Notes under the pieces: model-generated
Databases searched by the model: none
What the model saw: the letters and a program-made list of their open reading frames with translations, nothing else
Told to the model about the DNA's origin: nothing
Part shown: positions 19,650-29,605 of the stretch, piece after piece
Layout: every line of letters begins with the position of its first letter
How positions within the stretch are numbered: position 1 is the stretch's first letter
Assembly: GCA_019058445.1 (NCBI GenBank)
Contig: JAHPZA010000004.1
Coordinates: forward strand, 1-64,000
Length of the DNA: 64,000 bases
Direction: 5' to 3'
Origin: Promethearchaeota archaeon
GTDB taxonomy: Archaea > Asgardarchaeota > Lokiarchaeia > Sigyniarchaeales > SOKP01
Position numbers and translations under genes: made by a program

Positions 19650-19754
19650 GAGAAATTACCACTTTAAAATGAATTAAAAAAAATTTCAGCTTAAATTAAG
19701 TAAGATTAATATTTATATGGTTGATTCGCTTTTTTTCAACTTGGAGAATGAATT

Positions 19755-20012
19755 ATGTCTGATTTGGAAAAAATAAGAAAAATCATAGAAGCATATGAGA
19801 ATGAACCTAAGAAATGCCCATATTGCTTCAAAAAATTAAAGGCTAAATTCCTTAAAGCAGATAGTTCTGTAAGATACTATTGTTCTTTTTGTGAGCAATA
19901 TGTGGATTTTGAATGGGATTATTTGCACGCCATTGCAATTCGTTCTGAGAAATATCTAGTTGTAGATGATCCTTCTGGACTTTATGATCTTAAAAGTAAT
20001 AAGAAAGCTTGA
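19755..20012 (+). CDS. Small zinc-ribbon protein
   Basis: CPYC...CSFC; GGAG SD upstream. Confidence 0.7.
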   Translation: MSDLEKIRKIIEAYENEPKKCPYCFKKLKAKFLKADSSVRYYCSFCEQYVDFEWDYLHAIAIRSEKYLVVDDPSGLYDLKSNKKA

Positions 20013-20122
20013 TTCAAGTTATTCTCAAATTAGAACGATTTCAAAATTAAAGGAAACTTATATAAATAAATATTTAGATTATGATTATTAAAATACATAA
20101 TTTTTAAAACAGAGGTAAAAAC

Positions 20123-20842
20123 ATGGCATTACTACCTATTGATATTGCAAATGGTGTTTTTAGCATAATATTTGTTTCTATTTCAATCTTAATTGGATTA
20201 ACAATTATTTCAAAATACTTTGAACATAAACGTCGGACTTATTTATTAATAGGATTGACCTGGATCGGGATGTCTGCTCCTTGGACTCCAAGTTCAATTT
20301 CACTGTTATCATATTTACTATTTGGCACAGTTTTATCTATTGAGATCCTCTTATTCATCGCAATTTTCTTTTTACCTATTGTGCAGATTTTGTGGATTAC
20401 CGTAGTTTGTATATTTAAAGAAATTAAAAAGCGTAAATTGATTATTGGTATATTTATAATAGAGGGGATTTTGTTTGAGATTTACTTTCTGCTAAATCTT
20501 TTTACAAATTCTTCTGCTATCGGTGAATTTTCAGGTACATTTGATATGAACTATAGATTGTGGGTAAACCTCTTCTTATTCTCATTGCTGATTGTTTTTC
20601 TCATTACAGGAACAATGCTCGCATTAGAATCTTATAAATCAAATGATCCTGAAGTGAAGTTAAGAGGAAAATTCCTTTTTCTGGCTTTTTATTCCTTTAT
20701 AATAGGCTCAATCTTAGATATTTTTAGTACAAATTCTATTTTAATATTAACAATTGCGAGGCTTATATTAATTTCCAGTGCTTTTGAATTTTATCTTGGA
20801 TTTATACCCCCTGAGTGGATGAAAAAGCGGTTTACAACATAA
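20123..20842 (+). CDS. Hypothetical 7-TM membrane protein
   Basis: Seven hydrophobic helices; GAGGT SD; C-terminal PPEWMKKR. Confidence 0.75.
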   Translation: MALLPIDIANGVFSIIFVSISILIGLTIISKYFEHKRRTYLLIGLTWIGMSAPWTPSSISLLSYLLFGTVLSIEILLFIAIFFLPIVQILWITVVCIFKEIKKRKLIIGIFIIEGILFEIYFLLNLFTNSSAIGEFSGTFDMNYRLWVNLFLFSLLIVFLITGTMLALESYKSNDPEVKLRGKFLFLAFYSFIIGSILDIFSTNSILILTIARLILISSAFEFYLGFIPPEWMKKRFTT

Positions 20843-20913
20843 AAAAAGGAAAATTAATAAAAAACTTTTTTTTTATTTTAATAAAATTAATCTGATATTA
20901 GCTGTCCCCTATT

Positions 20914-21414
20914 TTAATCAAGATATTTAACAAATTCTTTCAAATTTTTACGGGGTCGAGGATCTGGAATTTCTCCTTTTGGATATCCCAGAGGAAGAAC
21001 GGTTAATACATGATCTTTTTCTTTTAATCCTAAAATTTCCTTTACAGTATCTCTATTTATTCTTCCTATCCAACATGTTCCAATGCCAAAGGTCCATGCT
21101 GCTAATGCTAATTGTAGTGATATAAAACTTAAATCCTGAACATACCAATTTGGCTGAATTTCTTTATCGCCGACTAGAACAACTAGAACAGGGGCACCTG
21201 CAGCAAATGGGCCAGTAGTACACTCGGCAGCTATTTTTTTTATAAGCTCCTTGTTTCGAATTACATAGAACTCCCAAGGTTGTCTATTCACGGCACTCAT
21301 ACAATAGCGACATGCTTCAAATATTTCAGTTAAAATTTCATCTTCAATAGGGCGATCCTCAAAACTTCTGATACTTCTACGAGTCTTTAATAGTTTTAAT
21401 CCCTCACTTTCCAT
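20914..21414 (-). CDS. Nitroreductase family protein
   Basis: RRSIRSF, SAVNRQPWEF, GIGTCWIG, PLGYP, PRK. Confidence 0.93.
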   Translation of the reverse strand: MESEGLKLLKTRRSIRSFEDRPIEDEILTEIFEACRYCMSAVNRQPWEFYVIRNKELIKKIAAECTTGPFAAGAPVLVVLVGDKEIQPNWYVQDLSFISLQLALAAWTFGIGTCWIGRINRDTVKEILGLKEKDHVLTVLPLGYPKGEIPDPRPRKNLKEFVKYLD

Positions 21415-21507
21415 TTAATATCACATTTTTTATTTCGATCGAGCAATTGAATTAGTATTTCATTTTATAATTGAACCTTAATATTTATGATTAACTATTA
21501 AATTTTA

Positions 21508-21969
21508 ATGATAATAGAAAAAGCACTTAAAAAGGATTTAGAGGAGATTTTAGAGCTCCAGAAATTAGCTTATCAGAGCGAGGCCGAAATTTATGATGAT
21601 TATTCGATTCCTCCATTGACCCAGACCTTAGAAGAAATTAAAGAAGATTTTTCTTTTCAAATTTTACTAAAAATTGTAATAAATAATAAATTAATTGGTT
21701 CAGTAAGAGCTTATAGGGAAAATGATACTTGTTATATAGGGAAACTTATTGTTCATCCAAATTCTCAAAATAAGGGTATAGGAACAAAGCTTTTGAAAGA
21801 GGTTGAAATTAAATTTAATGATGTTAAGAGGTATGAATTATTCACAGGCCACAGAAGTGAAAAAAATCTTTATTTATATCAAAAACTCGGATATCTGCAA
21901 TTTAAATCAGAGATAATCAATGAGAATCTACAACTGATATATTTAGAAAAAAAAAAGAAAATTAGTTAA
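21508..21969 (+). CDS. GNAT family N-acetyltransferase
   Basis: VHPNSQNKGIGTKL, NLYLYQKLGY. Confidence 0.92.
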   Translation: MIIEKALKKDLEEILELQKLAYQSEAEIYDDYSIPPLTQTLEEIKEDFSFQILLKIVINNKLIGSVRAYRENDTCYIGKLIVHPNSQNKGIGTKLLKEVEIKFNDVKRYELFTGHRSEKNLYLYQKLGYLQFKSEIINENLQLIYLEKKKKIS

Positions 21970-21982
21970 AATTTGTAATCAA

Positions 21983-22849
21983 CTATCCGATATCAAGGGG
22001 GTCTTGTAAAGGTCCGGTAATACCATACTTTTCAGCCCATTTTAACATATATTTCTTTCTATGCTCCCGGCTTATGTCTAAAAGAATGAATGCGGGTATG
22101 ATGAAAATCGCAATCATAATTGGCATAACCGGCCATGTTATAAGAAACATAAGATTCATTCCTTTAAGGTCAATCCTTCCAGCTCTAGCTTCCCAGAGAT
22201 ATAGAAAAAATGTATAGTATGACAAAATGACCGAAATTCCAGCATACCCTTTTAATAAATATATGTACCACCCGCCTACACTTCTCACTTCTGTCGGATG
22301 CGCTGTATATTTTACTTTTTCTTTGTTAGTGAACACAATTCCAGAATCAAGCAAGAACCATACAGGAGAGAAGATGCCCATTGAAATACCTGTCATTAAC
22401 GCGAGTAAGGTTGCGAAAGTTACCATTTCTAATTCTTCTCCACTTGAATCCTTAAGAGCAATCTGTTGTATTGCAGGATTGAATGCAAACATTAAAGCAA
22501 AATTTACAGTCATTAAAGCAGGGAATAAAGCCATTAGGAAAATTCCCTTGAATTTATCAGATTTGGGTTTATCCTGTATTCCATATATCATTTTCCTCCC
22601 AACTATACGTTTGTGAATATATAGATAAAGCGGTCCTAAAAGATATCCAACAAAAAGTCCCCCTATTATCGCCGACACAGGTATCATAATAAAAATATAA
22701 ACTGTATCATAGCCAGCATTATTAAAAGGCGATAGCCTAATGAAACTACTACCTTCTCCGCGAAGACCGAAAGAAAGAGCTAATAAGAAAAAACCACCAA
22801 AAACAATTATATAAATAATTAAATAGTTCTTATACCTCAAAAATGGCAT
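21983..22849 (-). CDS. Hypothetical multi-pass membrane protein
   Basis: About 6 TM; WFLLDSGIV and RSVGGWY motifs. Confidence 0.7.
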   Translation of the reverse strand: MPFLRYKNYLIIYIIVFGGFFLLALSFGLRGEGSSFIRLSPFNNAGYDTVYIFIMIPVSAIIGGLFVGYLLGPLYLYIHKRIVGRKMIYGIQDKPKSDKFKGIFLMALFPALMTVNFALMFAFNPAIQQIALKDSSGEELEMVTFATLLALMTGISMGIFSPVWFLLDSGIVFTNKEKVKYTAHPTEVRSVGGWYIYLLKGYAGISVILSYYTFFLYLWEARAGRIDLKGMNLMFLITWPVMPIMIAIFIIPAFILLDISREHRKKYMLKWAEKYGITGPLQDPLDIG

Positions 22850-23026
22850 GGTTAATCTTCGTTTTTGATAAATTAAAAATGATTACTGTAGATTTTATTT
22901 TTTAACAATTTAAGTTTTTATATTAGTATTTTATATTTCTAATACTTAGTGTTGCAATAAAGAAAAAAAATAACAAAGGATTACTTTTATTACAGTATTT
23001 GCCTCTTTCTTCTTTTTTTTAACGTG

Positions 23027-23590
23027 TTAATTTTTTAATTTTGCTAGTTCTTCTCCGATTTCTTTGGCTTTTTGTATCAATTCTTCTCTTTGATTAATCG
23101 CACCAATTTTACGAAGTCCAGCCCCAATTATTAAGTCTTGCACTTTATAACCCATAAATCTAAATAATTGTGAAGTAGATTCAATATAATGTTTAAATAG
23201 ATCGCTTTTAGGGTTACCATGAGTAAAAACTAATACCAAATTCTTTTTTCCAATTTTACTTTTAAAATCAGAGCCTATTTGGGAAAAATGACGATCAACA
23301 AATGCTTTTGTTTGAGCAGAGATTTGCCCAAAATATATAGGAGACCCAATTATTACTGCGTCTGCTTGTTTGATTTCTTCAAATATTTGTGGCATATCAT
23401 CCTTTATTATACAATCATCATCGGTAGTCTTACAATGATAACAGCTTTGACAGCCTTTTATATCCAGTTCGTTTAAATTAAATATTTTAGTCTCTGCACC
23501 ATGCTCCGCGCCACTTGCTAAGATAATCTCTATTAATTTTTGGGTATTCCCATCTACTCTAGGACTACCAACAACACCTATGATTTTCAT
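23027..23590 (-). CDS. Iron-sulfur flavoprotein / flavodoxin family
   Basis: GSPRVDGNT, CQSCYHC...C cluster motif, GSPIYFG. Confidence 0.9.
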   Translation of the reverse strand: MKIIGVVGSPRVDGNTQKLIEIILASGAEHGAETKIFNLNELDIKGCQSCYHCKTTDDDCIIKDDMPQIFEEIKQADAVIIGSPIYFGQISAQTKAFVDRHFSQIGSDFKSKIGKKNLVLVFTHGNPKSDLFKHYIESTSQLFRFMGYKVQDLIIGAGLRKIGAINQREELIQKAKEIGEELAKLKN

Positions 23591-23736
23591 TTGAATTATG
23601 CACCTTAAATTTAAAATGAGGTTTTTCTAATTTGACCTCAAAACTTTATTTTTCTCAAGTTAAGTGATCGATCGTTTTTAGAGATTAGTTTTTGTAAATA
23701 GATGAGAAAATATAAGTATTTGCTTAATTTTCAAAA

Positions 23737-24351
23737 TCATATAATTTTTTGATCAGGGCTTATGCAAGGGTGAGATCGGATATCAGCAGAATATGGGTTT
23801 TTTGCTTCCCCTGAATCTAAATTGCTAGTTAAGTTTTTTAGCTCATCCATTAAAGTATACATCCAATCTGCTAGTTTAATATTTAAAGGAGAATCGTAAA
23901 ATGGTACGTGGGGTTTAATATCAATTACGGGAGTGTTATCTATGGCATCTAAGCCCTCTACAATTAATTTATCTCCATTTCTTTCAATGAGTCTGACCGT
24001 AGTTTTGGCAATAGGGTTAGGCCTTACTGGCGAGCGGGTAGCGAAAATTCCTTTGGTTGGAATTTTCCTTAATCCCGCAGGATGTACTCTTTTAATTTGT
24101 CGAGCGTTAGGTGGTGTTTTATGAGTCCAAAACAATATAACAAGGTGCGAAAAATCCTCAATCCCATCCAAGCATTCTAAATATTCTTCATTTACTATTA
24201 TCTTGGATGTTATCAAATCGGTGCCTTGGTTTATTGCTGCGTCAAGATCAAGCTTTATATCTTTATTTGCATACTTTAGAACTTCTTTATCTGCTTTATT
24301 TTTCACTATTCCAATTGGTTTTACTAATAATTCAGTCATAATAATAATCAA
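23737..24351 (-). CDS. tsaA: tRNA m6t6A37 methyltransferase TrmO/TsaA family
   Basis: KPIG, FSHLVILFW, GIFATRSPVRPNPI, GLDAIDNTPVIDIKP; probable start 24339. Confidence 0.9.
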   Translation of the reverse strand: MIIIMTELLVKPIGIVKNKADKEVLKYANKDIKLDLDAAINQGTDLITSKIIVNEEYLECLDGIEDFSHLVILFWTHKTPPNARQIKRVHPAGLRKIPTKGIFATRSPVRPNPIAKTTVRLIERNGDKLIVEGLDAIDNTPVIDIKPHVPFYDSPLNIKLADWMYTLMDELKNLTSNLDSGEAKNPYSADIRSHPCISPDQKII

Positions 24352-24606
24352 GTATGAAAATTATCCATCATTTAAAAGGAGTATGAAAAGATTAGAAGAA
24401 AGTATTACTCAAATATATTTGTTATACTATAGTGTGTTATTATTTTTAGAATTGTTCAGAAAGTTGTTTCATAGGAATTATGCGGTAATCTTATATATTA
24501 ATAAAAGAATAATAAAAATCAATAATTTAGAGGGATGGGTTTTTTTAATAGGAAAACAAATTGTATTTAATTATAAGTAGAGATTTATTTACCCTAAACT
24601 GATTAA

Positions 24607-25746
24607 ATGAGTAAAGTTGGAGTGGCAACGCTTCCCCTTCATGGAGGTAAAGCCCCATCATGGTTATTTAAGCGAATGGTTTTGTTAGGAAAGCCAATTT
24701 TCAAAATATTATATGATATGGAAGGTTCAGAGGGAATTCTAAAAAGATTATCTGATACTTATTGGTTTCAAGGTTTAGCTTGCATTTTAGGATATGATTG
24801 GCATTCCAGTGGTGTTACAACTGTATTAGGAGGAGTATTAAACGAAGTACTAAATCCTAAAGAGCATGGAATAATTGTTGCTGGAGGAAAAGGTAAGATT
24901 TCTTTAAGAGTAAAAGAGCATTTACAAAGAAAAGCTAAATTGTTAGAATATAATGGAGAAGAAATTGAAAAACTTAATGAAATTAGTAGATTAGTAGCAA
25001 AAATAGACAATGCTGCTGTACAAGATGGATTCTCATTATACCACCATAATATGATTGTATCAGAAGATAATTGGGTAATTATTCAACAAGGAATGGATGG
25101 AGATATAAAGAAGGCAAGAAGATATCACTGGTTATCTGAAGGACTTACAAACTTTCTCGATAATCCACACACTGACATCAGTTCAGAGATATTAAAAGAT
25201 AAGGTGTTGAATATGGCATCCAAAGAGAGTCAAAGTTGCAGAAAAGCCTCGCTTGAGATAATATCAGAAGGTTCTAATCGAATTAAAAGATATTTAAATA
25301 AACTAAAAGATTCTAATCAAACTAATTTAGATGATTTTATAACTCCTAATAAATCTATTGAACTAATAAAGGTCCCGCATCTTGAAATGCCTATTCCTTT
25401 TACACTCAAATGGGAAAGTATAGAAATGGCTAAAGAACTTGCTTTAAATGATTATATTGAATTGTTAAAGATTCGGGGTTTAGGGGCGGGAATGATAAGG
25501 GCTTTAGCACTAATATCAGAATTTATATGGGGGGAGCCTCCAAGCTGGAAAGATCCCGCGAAATATGCATATGCTGTAGGTGGTAAAGATGCAATTCCAT
25601 ATCCGGTGAATTTAATAAGAATGGAAAAATGTGCTGAAATTTTAGAAGACGCGATTAATCTAGCTAAAATAAATAGAAAAGAAAAATTAGGAGCTTTAAA
25701 GAGATTACATAATTTTGAGAAGGGAAAAAAAGGAATTTTTATATAA
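24607..25746 (+). CDS. DUF763 family protein
   Basis: LPLHGGKAPSWLF, GYDWHSSGVTT, AKIDNAAVQDG, GGKDAIPYPV. Confidence 0.9.
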   Translation: MSKVGVATLPLHGGKAPSWLFKRMVLLGKPIFKILYDMEGSEGILKRLSDTYWFQGLACILGYDWHSSGVTTVLGGVLNEVLNPKEHGIIVAGGKGKISLRVKEHLQRKAKLLEYNGEEIEKLNEISRLVAKIDNAAVQDGFSLYHHNMIVSEDNWVIIQQGMDGDIKKARRYHWLSEGLTNFLDNPHTDISSEILKDKVLNMASKESQSCRKASLEIISEGSNRIKRYLNKLKDSNQTNLDDFITPNKSIELIKVPHLEMPIPFTLKWESIEMAKELALNDYIELLKIRGLGAGMIRALALISEFIWGEPPSWKDPAKYAYAVGGKDAIPYPVNLIRMEKCAEILEDAINLAKINRKEKLGALKRLHNFEKGKKGIFI

Positions 25747-25747
25747 C

Positions 25748-26434
25748 TTATTTTTTACCAAGAAAAGAAGTTGCAACAAATAGTACCCCACATGACAAAA
25801 CTCCAAACAATAATGTATCAAACAATACTTCGTTCTCAATGATATTACCTAAAACATCTATAACGAGAGCTGCTATTATGAATATCAACCCTATAAAGAA
25901 AAATTGCATTCTTTTTCTTGAGTTCCCTGTAGTTTTTCTTATTCCGAAAGAATATAGAGTAAAGGCAGAATAAATTAACATAAAAGCCACAAATATTGCA
26001 AATAAAGCAAAAGGAATTGGCTGGAAATGTGTTTCAGCAGTGGCAGCATCAATAACGATAATGAAATCTGTAATGATTAGCACAAGTGTGATTACCAGCG
26101 ATATAACGAGAGGTATCCAAAATCTAACTTTATGGATTTTTATCCATTTACTGGAATATATGAGAACTTGCATAGTAAAATATAGAAGTAAGACTGCCAT
26201 TACAATGGCAACCATACCCAATTTTAGAAAAGTTATTACTGCCCATTCCTGACCGATAATTGAATAAATTATAGTAGAGAGCGCATAGATCCCTACACAT
26301 GTATTGGCGAGGGCAAGAAATGTATTCCCAAGTGGTACCTGAGAGAGTTTCTTCTGTTTAATAAGCAAGAAGGCTGCAAAAAAAGAGATTACCATTGCAA
26401 TAAATTCAAAAATATATGTTATTAATTCAGTCAT
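25748..26434 (-). CDS. Hypothetical 7-TM membrane protein
   Basis: Seven hydrophobic helices, no cytoplasmic output domain. Confidence 0.75.
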   Translation of the reverse strand: MTELITYIFEFIAMVISFFAAFLLIKQKKLSQVPLGNTFLALANTCVGIYALSTIIYSIIGQEWAVITFLKLGMVAIVMAVLLLYFTMQVLIYSSKWIKIHKVRFWIPLVISLVITLVLIITDFIIVIDAATAETHFQPIPFALFAIFVAFMLIYSAFTLYSFGIRKTTGNSRKRMQFFFIGLIFIIAALVIDVLGNIIENEVLFDTLLFGVLSCGVLFVATSFLGKK

Positions 26435-26582
26435 ATATCAAAGCCTTAGCCAAGCAAACAATTTGTTTTCAATATTTAAAATCTAATAAAATTAAAATTA
26501 TTTAAATAATCCTAAAAGGAAAAATTATATTCTGAAGGTTATATTCTAATTAAAATTTAAAAAAAAGTAATAAAAAATATTA

Positions 26583-27929
26583 TTATTGCATATCTTCATC
26601 TTCTTTCAATAATTTATCAATCGAATCACGCCATTTATTTGTCCAGCTCTTAACATTATCACCAATTTTTTTACTGACCATCTTCACTCCTATCTCAAAA
26701 GGGGATTCTCCTCCCTCAGGTTTCATAAAAAACCCTCCTATATATCTAAAAACTTGTTTTACGGTGAATTTATCCACCATAAATTCCTTGAAACGAGATG
26801 AAGATTTGAACGTTAACCAGGCAATTAATATGATGATAAATGATAAAATTAAATATATGCGGTGATATAAATCACTGACCTTTAGTCCGGGGTTTATGTA
26901 TGTAGCGAGAATAGGAAAATTGCCTATATAGGTATCGCTTACGAAAAAAGAGCTAAGATACACCATATGGTATCCTAAAGCGATACCCAACACCATTAAA
27001 ACTACTCCTCGTTCTCCAAAAGTTTTCTTCATATGATGTGTAAAATAGACTCTTGATTGAAACTGTACAGGATTCTCAAAAGGTACGGGGCGGTCCGGAG
27101 ATTCCGAAATTCTTCTTGTGAGAACTTGAACTAAATATAATACGCCAAGCAAAAGCATAATAATTTCGATAACTAATGAAAAAGCATTCTCATTTGTGTA
27201 ACCAAAACTCATAATCAAATGATAAAACATAGACATGTTAAAAACTCCCAAAGCAGTCGCAAAGTTCACTGCGCCTGGTTTAGATTCAACTTTTTTAGGA
27301 GCTCCTTTCATCACACCTAACACAATTAAAGAATTTAATACTCCAAAGCAACCAAATATTATAGATGAGGGATCTCCTTGAAAGAACATATAAATATATA
27401 GTGGTAATGTAATTAAAGCAACAATTTTAAGAGCCGATCCAAAGAAAATATGGTCTTTTGGCATTCCTAAGGTAATGACTTTTTTTGGAAAGGAAGTAAA
27501 AAAATACAGGGTTAAGAAGAATAATGAAATCCCGGAAATTAAAATCCACGCAAAAAAGAAAAACAACTTCGCAAACGTAATAATTGGTGAGTCATAAGTC
27601 CAAGTGAGGGAGAAAAATGCAAATATAGAGCCGAATATAATAAGTAAGGCCAGTAAATAATATATAATTATGTTGTTAATCCTTCCTACTACTATCCCTG
27701 TGATAATAATTGCAAATGCTAAAAATAATTCAAATATTAACATCGTTCTAATAAGTTCTAGAGATCCTATTATCCATACATGAAATAACACTGCAAATAT
27801 GGTATTAACCAACATAACCACGAAGACAATTAGAGCAAATAAGATATATTCCTTTTGTTTAAGCTTTTGTACCCCACCAAAGATTCTATTTTTTAAGAAC
27901 CACATTAAAGTACGTTCTAGGTAACTCAT
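26583..27929 (-). CDS. Hypothetical polytopic membrane protein
   Basis: About 10 TM helices and a charged C-terminal tail. Confidence 0.75.
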   Translation of the reverse strand: MSYLERTLMWFLKNRIFGGVQKLKQKEYILFALIVFVVMLVNTIFAVLFHVWIIGSLELIRTMLIFELFLAFAIIITGIVVGRINNIIIYYLLALLIIFGSIFAFFSLTWTYDSPIITFAKLFFFFAWILISGISLFFLTLYFFTSFPKKVITLGMPKDHIFFGSALKIVALITLPLYIYMFFQGDPSSIIFGCFGVLNSLIVLGVMKGAPKKVESKPGAVNFATALGVFNMSMFYHLIMSFGYTNENAFSLVIEIIMLLLGVLYLVQVLTRRISESPDRPVPFENPVQFQSRVYFTHHMKKTFGERGVVLMVLGIALGYHMVYLSSFFVSDTYIGNFPILATYINPGLKVSDLYHRIYLILSFIIILIAWLTFKSSSRFKEFMVDKFTVKQVFRYIGGFFMKPEGGESPFEIGVKMVSKKIGDNVKSWTNKWRDSIDKLLKEDEDMQ

Positions 27930-28068
27930 AATAGGAAGAATGATTAGTTTACATAAAAATTTACTCTCCCAATTTATGATTTCTATAGTGGGAACATCTC
28001 ATTTTGGAATTACCAAATTATTTAAATCAATATTTTTCTAGAAATTTAGCAAAATTTTATAATCAATT

Positions 28069-29505
28069 GTGAAAAAGTGCAAAAAAATGCTTAGACAAGT
28101 TTGTGTGATTAAAAAGGATGATATACTTTATGAAAGATTATACGCTAATGCATTAAAAAAAGGGGAAATCGAAGATCTTCGCTTCAAGATCAAGAAAGAT
28201 GCCATTAAAGAAAAGGAAAATATACTTGGGTTTTTTGATTATTACAAATACCGCGTTTCGTACATCGTTGATCTTGAATTAGATATCATCTACATCTTTA
28301 TAACAGGATTGATGGATGATTATTTTAGTTTGATTAAACCTGAAATGGATAGTTTTAAGAATGAATTCTTTGAGCTTTTCGAAACAGAGCTCAATAAGGA
28401 TCAATTGAGTCCAGAAAAAATTGAAATTCTAAATAGCTATATCGATTCGATGCATAAAAATATTAAACCAAAAATTGCTGTAGTTGGATACTCTGGAGTC
28501 GGAAAGACTACAACCAAAAATTTGATTAGAATGGATGAAATACCTTCTCATCATATTCCAACAATTTCGGGAGATGTAGCTATGGCTAAGATCGGAGAAT
28601 TAGAATTTCAAATTTTTGATTTCGCAGGTCAAGAACAATTTAGCTATTTATGGAAAGGTTTTATAAAAGGAAGCAATGCAGTACTAGTAGTTACAGATTC
28701 TACTCCCCTAAATGTAGAAAAAAGCAGATTCTTTATTGATTTGAGAAATGATGAGGCTCCCTATGCCCGCATTGCTATTTTAGGGAACAAACAAGATCTT
28801 GAAAATGCCATGGACGTTGAAAGTATTGAAAATATCTTAGGGATTAAAACATATCCAATGATAGCAAATGAACCTGAGAATCGAGAAAAAATGATCCAGA
28901 TTATTGCTAATATTTTAGACATGAATATCGAAACATCTCCATTATTAGAGGGTTTAGTTAAAGAGGATAAATTTACATCAGAACCAGTAAAAGAAATGAT
29001 TAAAGGAGTGAGTTTAGATGAGAGGAAAGACTATATCAGAGAGATAAATATAGATCAAAAATTATCTAATGAAGTATCTGATGATATAAAGGGTGTAAAA
29101 GTTGAAAATATTTTGAGAAATCATCTTAAAATGATAAATTATACAGTCAAATCAATAAATAATAATGAGGAATTAACGTTCGAAGAGTTTTACAACTACT
29201 TTCAAGATTATACGAGAAATGCACTTGCATGTAGAAATATTGCGCTAAAACAATTTTTAGAAACACAATTCTCCCGCCTGCAAAAATCGATTGAAGAAGA
29301 TGAATTTATCGCCACAAAATTGAAAGATGATGTAGATGCCATAATTAATGCTCTCCTTTGTGCATATCTTACAAAATCTAATCCTCAAAAATATCCGATC
29401 TTTGAAAATATATTAAAAGATTTTACATTTAAAGGATTTGACGCACAGACCATAAAAGATATTCACGCTTATTACTTAAGAGTTATTAATAAATTTGGAG
29501 TCTAA
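28069..29505 (+). CDS. Arf/Ras-like small GTPase with N-terminal longin-like and C-terminal helical extensions
   Basis: G1 GYSGVGKT, G2 IPTI, G3 DFAGQE, G4 NKQD; probable start ATG 28087. Confidence 0.88.
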   Translation: MKKCKKMLRQVCVIKKDDILYERLYANALKKGEIEDLRFKIKKDAIKEKENILGFFDYYKYRVSYIVDLELDIIYIFITGLMDDYFSLIKPEMDSFKNEFFELFETELNKDQLSPEKIEILNSYIDSMHKNIKPKIAVVGYSGVGKTTTKNLIRMDEIPSHHIPTISGDVAMAKIGELEFQIFDFAGQEQFSYLWKGFIKGSNAVLVVTDSTPLNVEKSRFFIDLRNDEAPYARIAILGNKQDLENAMDVESIENILGIKTYPMIANEPENREKMIQIIANILDMNIETSPLLEGLVKEDKFTSEPVKEMIKGVSLDERKDYIREINIDQKLSNEVSDDIKGVKVENILRNHLKMINYTVKSINNNEELTFEEFYNYFQDYTRNALACRNIALKQFLETQFSRLQKSIEEDEFIATKLKDDVDAIINALLCAYLTKSNPQKYPIFENILKDFTFKGFDAQTIKDIHAYYLRVINKFGV

Positions 29506-29605
29506 TTTTTTTTTAGATTTAAGAATATCAATAATTTTATCTTAAAAACATATGTTTAGATAAGAATATTTCATATCGTGATAAAGTTTAGTCATTATAG
29601 GTTCA

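Noticed and set aside
23617-23640. TGAGGT-N12-ACCTCA inverted repeat upstream of the flavodoxin gene
   Set aside because: Only 6-bp arms and a single occurrence; cannot be distinguished from chance.
24203-24580. 125-aa + strand ORF
   Set aside because: Overlaps tsaA antisense and the AT-rich divergent promoter; no recognisable motif.
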